Below the pieces are notes generated by a model, which saw only the letters and a list, made by a program, of their open reading frames with translations, had not been told where the DNA came from and did no database searches. Source: Gammaproteobacteria bacterium (GTDB lineage Bacteria > Pseudomonadota > Gammaproteobacteria > Ga0077554 > Ga007554). From it: a DNA stretch of 37,043 nt. Location of the stretch: contig JANOOA010000239.1 in the NCBI GenBank assembly GCA_031421115.1, forward strand, positions 1-37,043, written 5' to 3'. Positions 18,416 through 27,849 of this stretch are shown here, one piece after another (within the stretch, counting starts at the first letter, position 1; every line of letters starts with the position of its first letter). The position numbers and the translations under genes are program-made.

Positions 18416-19150
18416 TCAAAAAACAAGCACCGCATCTTCGCAAGAATTAGCAGGCATTAATCGTGCCGCCGGAGATATGCCAGATACATGAAGGGCAAAC
18501 TCATCCACATCCAGTAATACACACATATATTCTATTACAGTCCCCACCAGCCATGCACGATATGTCCGATCAGATCGCCATTGAATCTGGCCTGGGTAAA
18601 GAGTAAAAACTTTAGAAACGTCATCACACACAAAACCCCATGACCCATCATTTATTAACACGATGCGTTTAGGGGAGCTTTCATCCGTGTCTTTAAACTC
18701 AGCGCTTTCCATAGCCATTAATTTATAAATATCAATCACCTTGACATAAGTGCCACGCCATGGAAAGAGCCCCATAAACCATGCGGCATTACTCTGCACA
18801 TATTTAATTGGCGCTGTTAAATTAACAATGCTATGCAATTGAATCAACGGAACAACCATTCTTACACCGTGGGTGCTAAATAAAAGGGATTGAAAAGGAG
18901 TTGTTACCCACGTCAGCACTTTATTGGGAGACCTGTGCTCATGAACCACGAAGGGAGCGCTCCCTTCAGCAATTTTGAGCACGGACTCAAGGATATTATC
19001 CTGTTCTAATACTTTTTCCTCAACAAGTGTCTTTTGTGGTTCTTCTGAATAGATCGATTCGGACATATCCTGCAAAAGTGCGTCAAGATATACCTGTAAT
19101 GCTGTTTCATGCTCCAGTATTGCGACGGGCTGCTTAGCAGAAATATTCAC
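18416..19150 (-). CDS. CheW-domain protein, ParP-like (array-positioning partner of the ParC-like ATPase)
   Basis: 244 aa. The C-terminal CheW-like domain (LLFSTHGVRMVVPLIQL...WFMGLFPWRGTYVKVIDIYKL) follows a non-CheW N-terminal region. The GTG start overlaps the stop of the ParA-like gene (GTGA). Same position as Vibrio ParP / P. aeruginosa PA1463. Confidence 0.7.
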   Translation of the reverse strand: MNISAKQPVAILEHETALQVYLDALLQDMSESIYSEEPQKTLVEEKVLEQDNILESVLKIAEGSAPFVVHEHRSPNKVLTWVTTPFQSLLFSTHGVRMVVPLIQLHSIVNLTAPIKYVQSNAAWFMGLFPWRGTYVKVIDIYKLMAMESAEFKDTDESSPKRIVLINDGSWGFVCDDVSKVFTLYPGQIQWRSDRTYRAWLVGTVIEYMCVLLDVDEFALHVSGISPAARLMPANSCEDAVLVF

Positions 19151-19944
19151 ATTGATACCACTTTCACGAAAGGCTGCTCACGCACTGAATCGAAATCAGC
19201 AAGATAATTTAAAAGGGTGGTATAAGCGACCACACCACGCGTATATCTATCCACCATCGGCAAGGGCACCCCCGCACGGCTGGCATCACGAAATTGTGTA
19301 TCTATTGGAATTGGCGTGCTCGACAAATTGGCAGCATAATACTCCTCAAGATGCTGCAAACTTTGCTGAGATGCGCGAGTTCTTTTATCATACATGGTCG
19401 GGAGTATGGTATAAGGTATGGGTATTTTTCTTGAGCGCATGATCATATTGAGTGTATACATCATTCTTTCCAGACCTTTCAGAGCGAGAAATTCGGTCTG
19501 TACCGGAATAATAAGATGATCACATGCCGCCAGCGCATTCACCATTAACACGCCCAGCATGGGTGGACAATCAATCAAGACATAATCAAATCTCGACGAA
19601 ATACGCTGTAATGTTTGCGACAATACCAACCCTTTGCCATCTTGCACACCTAATTGCCGGTCAAGCGTTGCCAGTGCCGTCGAGGCAGGCATCAGATAGA
19701 GTCTATCGAACTTCGTTTTCTTTATGACTGAAGCCAGCATGATGCTGGAACCTTTAAACAGGGTATAAACCCCATCGTCTACCGTATCAGGATCAAACCC
19801 AGAATAGGATGTTAGGGAGCCATGCGGGTCCATGTCTATCATTAAGGTATTATATCCGCGCGAAGACAGTAATCCGGCGAGGGTAATCGCGGTAGTGGTT
19901 TTTCCCACACCACCTTTCTGGTTAGCAACGGCCCATACTTTCAT
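19147..19944 (-). CDS. ParA/MinD-family ATPase, ParC-like (chemotaxis cluster-associated)
   Basis: 265 aa. Deviant Walker A NQKGGVGKTTTA, Walker B-like VLIDCPP. Sits between motB and the ParP-like gene, as in Pseudomonas/Vibrio. Confidence 0.8.
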   Translation of the reverse strand: MKVWAVANQKGGVGKTTTAITLAGLLSSRGYNTLMIDMDPHGSLTSYSGFDPDTVDDGVYTLFKGSSIMLASVIKKTKFDRLYLMPASTALATLDRQLGVQDGKGLVLSQTLQRISSRFDYVLIDCPPMLGVLMVNALAACDHLIIPVQTEFLALKGLERMMYTLNMIMRSRKIPIPYTILPTMYDKRTRASQQSLQHLEEYYAANLSSTPIPIDTQFRDASRAGVPLPMVDRYTRGVVAYTTLLNYLADFDSVREQPFVKVVSM

Positions 19945-21068
19945 TATCTGCCTCCATTACCTGGCAGGCCCGTGTTTGCCCTGGGTAATACATTAGATGG
20001 GAAAACCGATGGCAGCTTAATAGGCGGCTCGATAACCTTAAATATTCCTCTATCGGTCACGTCCCGGCTCATTACATCCACCGGTACGCTAGATACGGGA
20101 GATACTGGCGGTGCTTCCAGAGGGACAGCACTCATTATTGGCGCAGGTGTCTCTATCACGGGCATTTCCGAGGTGTTGATACTCTCTTCTTTTTTAAATT
20201 TATTATCGTCGTAAACACGTTCAGATGCACCATTCTCAAGTATCGCAAGAACCACACGGCGATTCTTATTTCTGCCTTCAGCAGTGTCATTGCTCACTAC
20301 GGGATAAAACTCTCCATAACCAATCGCGGCCATACGGGTTGGCCGGATTCCCTGATTCATCAGCAAGTTCACTACACTTGCCGAGCGTGCTGAGGATAAC
20401 TCCCAATTCGAAGGATAAATCATATTACTTATCGGCACATTGTCCGTGAAGCCCTCAACTTTTATGTTGTTATCAAAGTTGCGCAATATTTTCGCCAATT
20501 CATTCAAGATCGGCTTAGCATCGACCTGAAGGCGGGCCTCACCACTGGGAAAGAGAATGTTAGTATTAATTTCTACTTCCAGCCAGAATTCGTCACGCCG
20601 TACTTTTACCAGATTTTGCTGAATCAATCCTGCCAGAGCACGCTCTATCTGGTCTGCGATTGAATTGAGAGAATCAAGCGCCTGCTTCTCACCTGCGCCA
20701 GACGCGTCATTTTCTGCCTGTGTTGGCGATTTTGTTCGCGGATCATCAGATTTTATCTGTTGATCTTTTACAGATTTATTAATTAACATATTTTGTCTTT
20801 GCAGCACATTAGGATTGGTTCTTTGTGCAAGATCTGTCTCATGAGGAGACTTGGCGAGGCTCCCAACCTGAATTGGATCCATCGATTTTGGCGCGGATCT
20901 GAAGGCTGAAACAAGGGCATCAGATAGCACGCGATATTTACCTTCATTAACCGATGAAACAGCATACATAACAACAAAAAAAGCAAACAACAAAGTTATA
21001 AAATCGGCATAAGACACCAGCCAACGTTCATGATTTTCATGCTCCTCATGTTTTTTCTTGCGGGCCAT
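19944..21068 (-). CDS. motB: flagellar stator protein MotB/MotD family, unusually long (374 aa)
   Basis: N-terminal TM with the conserved Asp (WLVSYADFITLLFAFFVVMY). OmpA-like domain VEGFTDNVPI...NWELSSARSASVV...GYGEFYP...NRRVVLAIL. An extra ~96-aa Pro/Val/Ser-rich tail follows. Confidence 0.85.
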   Translation of the reverse strand: MARKKKHEEHENHERWLVSYADFITLLFAFFVVMYAVSSVNEGKYRVLSDALVSAFRSAPKSMDPIQVGSLAKSPHETDLAQRTNPNVLQRQNMLINKSVKDQQIKSDDPRTKSPTQAENDASGAGEKQALDSLNSIADQIERALAGLIQQNLVKVRRDEFWLEVEINTNILFPSGEARLQVDAKPILNELAKILRNFDNNIKVEGFTDNVPISNMIYPSNWELSSARSASVVNLLMNQGIRPTRMAAIGYGEFYPVVSNDTAEGRNKNRRVVLAILENGASERVYDDNKFKKEESINTSEMPVIETPAPIMSAVPLEAPPVSPVSSVPVDVMSRDVTDRGIFKVIEPPIKLPSVFPSNVLPRANTGLPGNGGR

Positions 21069-21111
21069 ACATCCATAATGTTAATAATAATAAAAATGTG
21101 TTAATTATTAT

Positions 21112-21852
21112 TCAGTGTAAATAACCATGTAATTTTGTTTCTATATTGCGAGGATTTTCACCTTCGGCTATTGATACAATCCCCTCAACGACCATTTGGC
21201 GGAACTGCGTTTGATTATGTATGATGGCCTTGAGCTTGCTCGCCATCGGCAATAAAAACAAATTAGCCATACCTATACCATAAATAGTCGCCACAAACGC
21301 AACAGCAATACCCGCTCCGAGCTTGCTCGGGTCTGACAGATTCTGCATAACATGGATTAACCCCATCACTGCGCCAATAATGCCAATCGTGGGAGAATAG
21401 CCCCCCATACCTTCATATACTTTAGCAGCTTGAGTGTCCTGGTGTTCCTTAGTATCAATCTCAACTTCCAAAATACTTCTGATCACATCTGGCTCACTGC
21501 CATCTACCAGGAGCTGCAACCCTTTTTTAGCGAACGCATCCTCTTCAGCTTCAATTAAAGGTTCCAGGCCCAACAAACCTTCTTTTCTTGCCACATTACT
21601 CCAGTTAACAATTTTTGGAATAATATCTGCTTCGCCAAACGCCGGCGGCTTTATCATCCATGACGCTATTTTCAATGAGCGCATAAAAGTAACTTTCGGC
21701 GTCTGAATTAAAATCGCACCAAGCGTGCCGCCAAAAACAATCACAAAAGCAGGGCCTAATAACAACGACCCAATATGCCCTCCTTCCAGGGCATTCCCCC
21801 CCAAAATGGCACCAAAAGCAACAATCAAACCAGCTATCGTTAAAATATCCAC
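21112..21852 (-). CDS. motA: flagellar stator protein MotA/MotC (PomA-like)
   Basis: 246 aa, four TM segments. MDILTIAGLIVAFGAILGGNALEGGH resembles the Pseudomonas MotC N-terminus. GTG start 3 nt after the cheB stop. Confidence 0.9.
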   Translation of the reverse strand: MDILTIAGLIVAFGAILGGNALEGGHIGSLLLGPAFVIVFGGTLGAILIQTPKVTFMRSLKIASWMIKPPAFGEADIIPKIVNWSNVARKEGLLGLEPLIEAEEDAFAKKGLQLLVDGSEPDVIRSILEVEIDTKEHQDTQAAKVYEGMGGYSPTIGIIGAVMGLIHVMQNLSDPSKLGAGIAVAFVATIYGIGMANLFLLPMASKLKAIIHNQTQFRQMVVEGIVSIAEGENPRNIETKLHGYLH

Positions 21853-21855
21853 ACA

Positions 21856-22932
21856 TCAAATCCGTTGCGCAAGTTGAGTTCCAATATCCGTTAATGACAT
21901 GACTTGATCCGCCAATCCGGCTTCGGCAACCGCCATAGGCATCCCATAAACAACACAGCTCCGCTCATCCTGAACCCATATAGAAGAACCGCCAGATTTA
22001 AGAAGTCGCGCACCTTCTCTTCCATCAGCGCCCATACCTGTCAAAATGACACCTAACACATGACCGGGATATATTTTAGAAATAGACGAAAAAGTTATAT
22101 CTACACTCGGCTTATAGATCTGATCCGGCAATCCATCCTGAATACGTATCTGTACTTTCCCATTATGTTGCTCAACCAGCATCTGTTTTCCACCTGGCGC
22201 CAGAAACGCTATGCCAGGTGCTAAAACATCACCCTCCTCGGCTTCTTTAACACCAATAGCACACAGCTTATCGAGTCGCTGTGCAAATGCACCCGTAAAG
22301 CTTGCTGGCATATGCTGCACGAGCAATAGAGGAAAGGGAAATTCCTTGGGCAACTTTGCCAATACCTGCTGCAATGCAACGGGACCACCCGTCGATGTAC
22401 CAATGGCTACCACTTTTATATGATTAAGTTTTTTCTGTGAAAGTAAAGCAGGCTGCTTCGCAGCCTCACCCGATATAAGATCAATTTTACCAGCATGGGG
22501 TAGCCGCGTCGTTATCGGCTTTTTCCCCGCCAATCCTTTGGCCCCAAGAACACGCACACGCGCGCATAATATCCTTTTTATTTCATTTCTTTCATGAGAT
22601 AAGTCGTCGAAGTTCTTTGGTAGAAAATCAAGCGCTCCTGCATCCAAGGCATCAAGCGTTGCCTGTGCGCCACTGGTTGTTAGTGATGAGAACATTAGTA
22701 TTGGCGTAGGATGCGAGGCCATAATACGCCGAACCGCAGTTATTCCATCCATAACCGGCATTTCAATATCCATTGTAATTACATCTGGTTTAAGGTTTTC
22801 AACTTTTTCAATCGCATCAGATCCATTTACAGCGGTTCCTACAACCTCAATATTCCCATCCCCCTTGAGAATCCCAGAAACAAGTTTCCTGAAAAAACTG
22901 GAGTCATCAACAACTAAAACCCTCACAGTCAT
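21856..22932 (-). CDS. cheB: chemotaxis response regulator protein-glutamate methylesterase
   Basis: 358 aa. Receiver domain (VLVVDDS...VITMDIEMPVMDG) plus the CheB methylesterase catalytic domain (GTSTGGP...HMP...GMGADG). Confidence 0.95.
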   Translation of the reverse strand: MTVRVLVVDDSSFFRKLVSGILKGDGNIEVVGTAVNGSDAIEKVENLKPDVITMDIEMPVMDGITAVRRIMASHPTPILMFSSLTTSGAQATLDALDAGALDFLPKNFDDLSHERNEIKRILCARVRVLGAKGLAGKKPITTRLPHAGKIDLISGEAAKQPALLSQKKLNHIKVVAIGTSTGGPVALQQVLAKLPKEFPFPLLLVQHMPASFTGAFAQRLDKLCAIGVKEAEEGDVLAPGIAFLAPGGKQMLVEQHNGKVQIRIQDGLPDQIYKPSVDITFSSISKIYPGHVLGVILTGMGADGREGARLLKSGGSSIWVQDERSCVVYGMPMAVAEAGLADQVMSLTDIGTQLAQRI

Positions 22933-22999
22933 GCTGAGTTTTTCCTGAGGAATATTATTACGTTATTAAAATATTTTTTCATTTAAAGCGCATATTTAT

Positions 23000-24979
23000 T
23001 TAATGATGTATATAAAAATCTATTAGTGCTGAGAAGTCCAGGATAAGTGCTATACCGCCATTCCCGGTAATAGTGGCTCCCGCAAATCCACGTGTGCTGT
23101 GTAATAAGGCGCCTAATGGCTTTATAACCACTTCTTCCTGTCCAATAAGTTGCTCAACTACACATGCAATTCGATGTTCCGCAATATTTATTACGACTAC
23201 GTATCCTGTCGGGAGGCGATTCTCACGGGATGATCCTTTCACCAGCCACTCCCGAAGATAATACAAGGGAATGGGTTTTTTTCTGACAATTACCACTAAT
23301 TGCCCATCCACGGTATTTATGCGCGCAGAATCAAGATTGAATATTTCACTTACATTCACGAGAGGTATAGCGAATGTCTGCCTGTCAATAAGCACCATTA
23401 AAGTTGGCATAATGGCGAGCGTTAAAGGCAATTTAATGATGAATTCACTACCTTTACCCAAAACAGAATCTATCTCTACAGCACCATTCAATTGCGAAAT
23501 ACGTGTTTTAACCACGTCCATTCCAACGCCACGACCAGAAACATCGGATATCTGATTTTTTGTTGAAAATCCAGGAAGGAAGATCAAGTTAAAACAGCCG
23601 CGTTCATCAAGACGTGCAGCGCTCTCTGTATCCATTAATCCTTTCTCTACCACTTTACGCCGTAAAACCTCCGGATCTATTCCCGCTCCATCATCTTTAA
23701 TAATAAGAAGTATGTGATCACCTTCTTGCTGTGCAGACAATACAATTTTTCCTTCTCTTGGCTTCCCTGAGGCTAAACGCACCTCTGGAATTTCCACGCC
23801 ATGATCTACTGCATTACGTACCAGATGTACAAGTGGGTCAGCTAAAGCTTCTACAAGATTTTTATCCAGATCGGTATCTTCCCCATGAAGTTCCAGGGAA
23901 ATTTCTTTATTCAGGCTACGCGCAAGATCACGCACTACACGCGGAAAGCGTCCGAATACTTTTTTTATTGGCTGCATCCGTGTTTTCATGACTGCATTTT
24001 GCAAATCAGAAGTCACCAGATTAAGATTATCAATAACCTGCATTGCTTCTTCTTGCACCATTGAAGACTTCAGTGTGGACAGTCTATTGCGAACTAACAC
24101 CAACTCTCCAACCAGATTCATAATATCATCGAGGCGTTTTGTATCAACACGCACCGTTGTTTCGACTTGAGGGATATCTTTTGGTGGTGAAGGAGCATTC
24201 TCCACCGCAGGCTTTTCAACAGTTTTTTGTTCTGTTTGTGGATGAGCATTGATATATTTAGTATTTACATCTGTAAAGACAGGTTTCTTACTGTGGAGTT
24301 TATCTAAAAGATCCTCAAATTCGTCATCTGTGATGGCATCTGAATTTACATTTTCCTGTGCAGATAGCAGAGCAGTATCGGTATTATCCTTAGTGATTTC
24401 ATGGCCATCTTTTTCCTGTAATTGATCAAGCAGCGCCTCGAACTCATCATCCGTTATTTCCCCCTCATTAGCCAAAAACATTTCATCAGGAGATGGGGGT
24501 TTTTTATCGGCAACAGAATTATTTGATATTGATGAATTCGCCGTCTGATTTTTTTTGATAACCGCAGCAGGCTGGGATGTTTCTTGATCCTGTGGCTTTG
24601 ATAACTCATCTAATTTAACTAATAGAGCAGGATCTACCGGAGAGGGATCTTCACCTGAACGAACCACGTCCATCATGTCCTTCACAGCATCAAGGACAAC
24701 AAGCACTACATCCATCAGTCCTGCATTAACATATCGCTTGCCTTGGCGCAGGGTATTAAATACATCCTCTGCTCGATGACACACTTCCACTAACGCTGTT
24801 AACCCAAGAAATCCTGCGCCACCTTTAACTGTATGAAATCCCCGAAAAACTGCATTTAACAAATCAGAATCTCGCGGGGACTGCTCCAGGCTAACCAATT
24901 GTTCACTTAATTTGTCGACAATCTCGCCTGCTTCAACAAGAAAGTCTTGAAGTATATCGTCATCCAGATTTATGCTCAT
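23000..24979 (-). CDS. cheA: chemotaxis histidine kinase CheA (P1-linker-P3-P4-P5; no obvious P2 domain)
   Basis: 659 aa. Hpt FRGFHTVKGGAGFLG, dimerization VRVDTKRLDDIMNLVGELVL, HATPase (HLVRNAVDHG, DDGAGI, GRGVGMDVV), C-terminal CheW-like domain. Confidence 0.95.
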   Translation of the reverse strand: MSINLDDDILQDFLVEAGEIVDKLSEQLVSLEQSPRDSDLLNAVFRGFHTVKGGAGFLGLTALVEVCHRAEDVFNTLRQGKRYVNAGLMDVVLVVLDAVKDMMDVVRSGEDPSPVDPALLVKLDELSKPQDQETSQPAAVIKKNQTANSSISNNSVADKKPPSPDEMFLANEGEITDDEFEALLDQLQEKDGHEITKDNTDTALLSAQENVNSDAITDDEFEDLLDKLHSKKPVFTDVNTKYINAHPQTEQKTVEKPAVENAPSPPKDIPQVETTVRVDTKRLDDIMNLVGELVLVRNRLSTLKSSMVQEEAMQVIDNLNLVTSDLQNAVMKTRMQPIKKVFGRFPRVVRDLARSLNKEISLELHGEDTDLDKNLVEALADPLVHLVRNAVDHGVEIPEVRLASGKPREGKIVLSAQQEGDHILLIIKDDGAGIDPEVLRRKVVEKGLMDTESAARLDERGCFNLIFLPGFSTKNQISDVSGRGVGMDVVKTRISQLNGAVEIDSVLGKGSEFIIKLPLTLAIMPTLMVLIDRQTFAIPLVNVSEIFNLDSARINTVDGQLVVIVRKKPIPLYYLREWLVKGSSRENRLPTGYVVVINIAEHRIACVVEQLIGQEEVVIKPLGALLHSTRGFAGATITGNGGIALILDFSALIDFYIHH

Positions 24980-24989
24980 TTAATAAATC

Positions 24990-25736
24990 TCAAAAACCCA
25001 GGCTGGAAAGTAGCTCATCAACATCATCTTGGCTGGAAATCCGGTCTTTATGGCTATCACACCCGGGAATACGAGGGCCATCAGCTTTTGAATCAGGCCC
25101 CACATTCTCTTCCAGCGGTTCTTTCTTCATGCGTTGGCCAGAAATTCTGACTAGATCTATCAGGTTACCTTCCATCTCCTGTACGAGATTAATAACGCGC
25201 CGTATAACTTGCCCAGTTAGATCCTGAAAATCCTGAGCCATAAGAATATGAGAGAAATTTTCACGCACTTTTTCGGACTGGATAACCGACCAATCTAAAT
25301 AATCATCAATCTCATCACTTAACTCACGAAACTCTTCAATAGGCATTTTTCGTTGACGAAACCGCTGCCATTTTTTATTCAGCACGGTTGACTTATTTTT
25401 TAATTCTTCAGCAATAGGGAGTCCTATTTCTACAGCGCCCAGCGTTTTATTAGCTGAATCTTCTGTCATTTTAATCACATAATTAAGCCGTTCCTTAGCA
25501 TCAGGTATTTCATTCTTTGTTAAATTTTCCACTAGAGAATCAACGTTAAAGTTATTTAAAGTTTCATGCAATTGTCTTGTCAACTTTCCTAATTCATGAA
25601 AAAGTGTTGACTCGTGAAGTGCTGAAATACTCTCCATCAGAGAATTTACTTCACTATCGTTTCCTTGTTCAATATTTCTCACAAGGGCACGCGCCTGAGT
25701 AAGGCGATAATTATTATCTTCCCTCATCTCACTCAT
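24990..25736 (-). CDS. cheZ: CheY-P phosphatase CheZ
   Basis: 248 aa. Conserved catalytic-helix block ILMAQDFQDLTGQVIRRV and an acidic C-terminal CheY-binding peptide SSQDDVDELLSSLGF. Confidence 0.9.
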   Translation of the reverse strand: MSEMREDNNYRLTQARALVRNIEQGNDSEVNSLMESISALHESTLFHELGKLTRQLHETLNNFNVDSLVENLTKNEIPDAKERLNYVIKMTEDSANKTLGAVEIGLPIAEELKNKSTVLNKKWQRFRQRKMPIEEFRELSDEIDDYLDWSVIQSEKVRENFSHILMAQDFQDLTGQVIRRVINLVQEMEGNLIDLVRISGQRMKKEPLEENVGPDSKADGPRIPGCDSHKDRISSQDDVDELLSSLGF

Positions 25737-25761
25737 TTTTCTTACCTGTAAATTAATCTAT

Positions 25762-26139
25762 TTATTTTGCTTCTAAACGTTCAAAAATTTTATCAATTTT
25801 TTCTTTTAGTGTTGCCGCTGTAAATGGCTTTACTACATAACCATTCACGCCCGCCTGAGCGGCTTCTACTATTTGTTCACGTTTTGCTTCTGCGGTTACC
25901 ATAAGTATAGGTATCTTTGCCAGCTTGGGATCAGCTCTGACGGCCTTTATAAGATCTAACCCCGTCATTCCCGGCATATTCCAGTCAGTAATCAGAAAAT
26001 CAAAGTTACCCGCCTGCAAAATAGGCAAGGCAGTTTTTCCATCATCTGCTTCGCTGGTATTATTAAACCCCAAATCACGCATTAAGTTCTTGATAATGCG
26101 CCTCATGGTAGAGAAATCATCCACAATGAGTATGTTCAT
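25762..26139 (-). CDS. cheY: chemotaxis response regulator CheY
   Basis: [25 protein letters not shown]...[17 protein letters not shown]...[26 protein letters not shown] closely resembles Pseudomonas CheY. The track start at 26163 is a TTG; ATG at 26137-26139 is preferred. Confidence 0.9.
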   Translation of the reverse strand: MNILIVDDFSTMRRIIKNLMRDLGFNNTSEADDGKTALPILQAGNFDFLITDWNMPGMTGLDLIKAVRADPKLAKIPILMVTAEAKREQIVEAAQAGVNGYVVKPFTAATLKEKIDKIFERLEAK

Positions 26140-26224
26140 ATCCTTATTCAAAGCAACCTCCAAAAATATACACCAAATAATTTCACAGTCTCCGAGCCAT
26201 GTATTATCTGTTAATTTGCAACGA

Positions 26225-26953
26225 TCAGCCCAATCTCCACTGACTTAAACGTGCTTGCAGGCGAATTAATGCTTGACTATGAATTTGACTGACACGCGAC
26301 TCACTTACACCCAATACAGCGCCAATCTCTCTTAAATTTAACTCTTCATCGTAATAAAGCGCCATGACTAATCTTTCTCTCTCAGGAAGGCCTGCGACAG
26401 CTTCTCTTAAATTCTTCTTGAAGTCCTCTCTTTGAAGCCCTTCCAGCACACCTGGCGCTCTATCGGCAAACTGTGCAGCCACTGCTTCATCATCCATGCC
26501 CATATCTTCAAAGCTTAATACTAGGTATCCACTGGCATCCTGTAACATTTGATGATAATCATCCAAAGATATTTCAAGCGCCTGAGCGACCTCGCTATCA
26601 CGCGCATCTCTGCCCATTATGTTTTCTATCTTGCGCACCGCTTCCGCTACTTTGCGCGCTTTTCTATGTACAGAACGTGGCGCCCAATCATTTTTTCTAA
26701 TCTCATCCAGCATGGAGCCACGAATGCGAATTCCAGCGTATGTCTCAAAACTTGCGCCCTGCGTTGCATCATAATTACGTGATGCTTCAAGCAATCCCAT
26801 CATCCCCGCCTGAATCAGGTCATCGGCCTGAACACAAGGTGGTAAACGACTCATCAAATGGTAGGCAATACGCTTAACCAGAGGAGCATGTTGATTAACA
26901 ATCTCCTCCCGCTTATCTGGCTTTGAGGTGTTATACATGGCAAGTGCGCTCAT
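26225..26953 (-). CDS. fliA: flagellar sigma factor FliA (sigma-28)
   Basis: 242 aa. Region 2 ([18 protein letters not shown]), region 3, and region 4 HTH ([25 protein letters not shown]). ATGA overlap with fleN. Confidence 0.95.
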   Translation of the reverse strand: MSALAMYNTSKPDKREEIVNQHAPLVKRIAYHLMSRLPPCVQADDLIQAGMMGLLEASRNYDATQGASFETYAGIRIRGSMLDEIRKNDWAPRSVHRKARKVAEAVRKIENIMGRDARDSEVAQALEISLDDYHQMLQDASGYLVLSFEDMGMDDEAVAAQFADRAPGVLEGLQREDFKKNLREAVAGLPERERLVMALYYDEELNLREIGAVLGVSESRVSQIHSQALIRLQARLSQWRLG

Positions 26954-27849
26954 AATTGTGCCGCTCCAAAAAGTTGATTGGATTGAATCAACCGCTCAAC
27001 AAAAAACTCCAGATGACCGCCCGCAGCCGTGGTTACCGGCCAGTTATCGGTTTTATGAGCCAATTTCTTGAATGACATGGCAGATTTGCTACGTGGATAG
27101 GTGTCAACCACTGATCGCTGTTTTTGTACTGCTTTTTTGAGATATTCGTCATAGGGTATAGCCCCCATAAAGTCCAGGGTTGCATCAAGATAACGGTCCA
27201 CAACCTTAAGAATCTTGTTGTATAATTCACGCCCTTCCTGCGCGTCTTGTACCATATTGGCGAGAATTCTGAATCGATGCACGCCATAATCACGATTCAA
27301 TAGCTTTATTAAAGCATATGCATCCGTGATAGAGGCAGGTTCATCACATACAACAACGATAACTTCTTGTGCCGCCCGACTGAAACTGATCACACTTTCT
27401 GAAATGCCTGCGGCAGTATCTATTAATAGTACGTCCAGATTTTGACTTAACTCACTAAAGGCACGAATTATTCCCGCATGCTGGGCGGAACTTAATTCAG
27501 CCATACTTTTCAGCCCAGAAGAGGCGGGGATAATCGACAGCCGCCGTGCTGCGGGTAAGATAATTTCTTCGAGTGTACGTTCACCACTAATAACATGTGA
27601 AAGGTTATAGGTCGGCCGCAAGCCCAGCAGCACATCAACATTGGCCAATCCCATATCCGCATCCATGATCAGAACGGACTTCCCCTCGTTGGCCAGGGCT
27701 GTTCCCAGATTCACAGAAACATTGGTTTTACCTACTCCACCTTTACCGCTAGTCACTGCTATGACGCGTATTGGCCGGACAGTGGCTACTCGACGTAATC
27801 CGGCAGCCTGATCCCCCACAAATTCTCGACGTGCGTCAGACATGAGCAT
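26950..27849 (-). CDS. flhG: MinD-like ATPase FleN/FlhG (flagellar number regulator)
   Basis: 299 aa. Deviant Walker A SGKGGVGKTN, DADMGLANVD. Position between flhF and fliA. Confidence 0.9.
   Translation of the reverse strand: MLMSDARREFVGDQAAGLRRVATVRPIRVIAVTSGKGGVGKTNVSVNLGTALANEGKSVLIMDADMGLANVDVLLGLRPTYNLSHVISGERTLEEIILPAARRLSIIPASSGLKSMAELSSAQHAGIIRAFSELSQNLDVLLIDTAAGISESVISFSRAAQEVIVVVCDEPASITDAYALIKLLNRDYGVHRFRILANMVQDAQEGRELYNKILKVVDRYLDATLDFMGAIPYDEYLKKAVQKQRSVVDTYPRSKSAMSFKKLAHKTDNWPVTTAAGGHLEFFVERLIQSNQLFGAAQL

Noticed and set aside
21083-21112. An AT-only inverted repeat (AATAATAAT ... ATTATTATT) in the motA-motB spacer, considered as a regulatory hairpin.
   Set aside because: The stem is purely A-T, 9 bp, in a very AT-rich spacer. 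Predicted stability is low and this kind of symmetry is expected by chance in AT-rich DNA.
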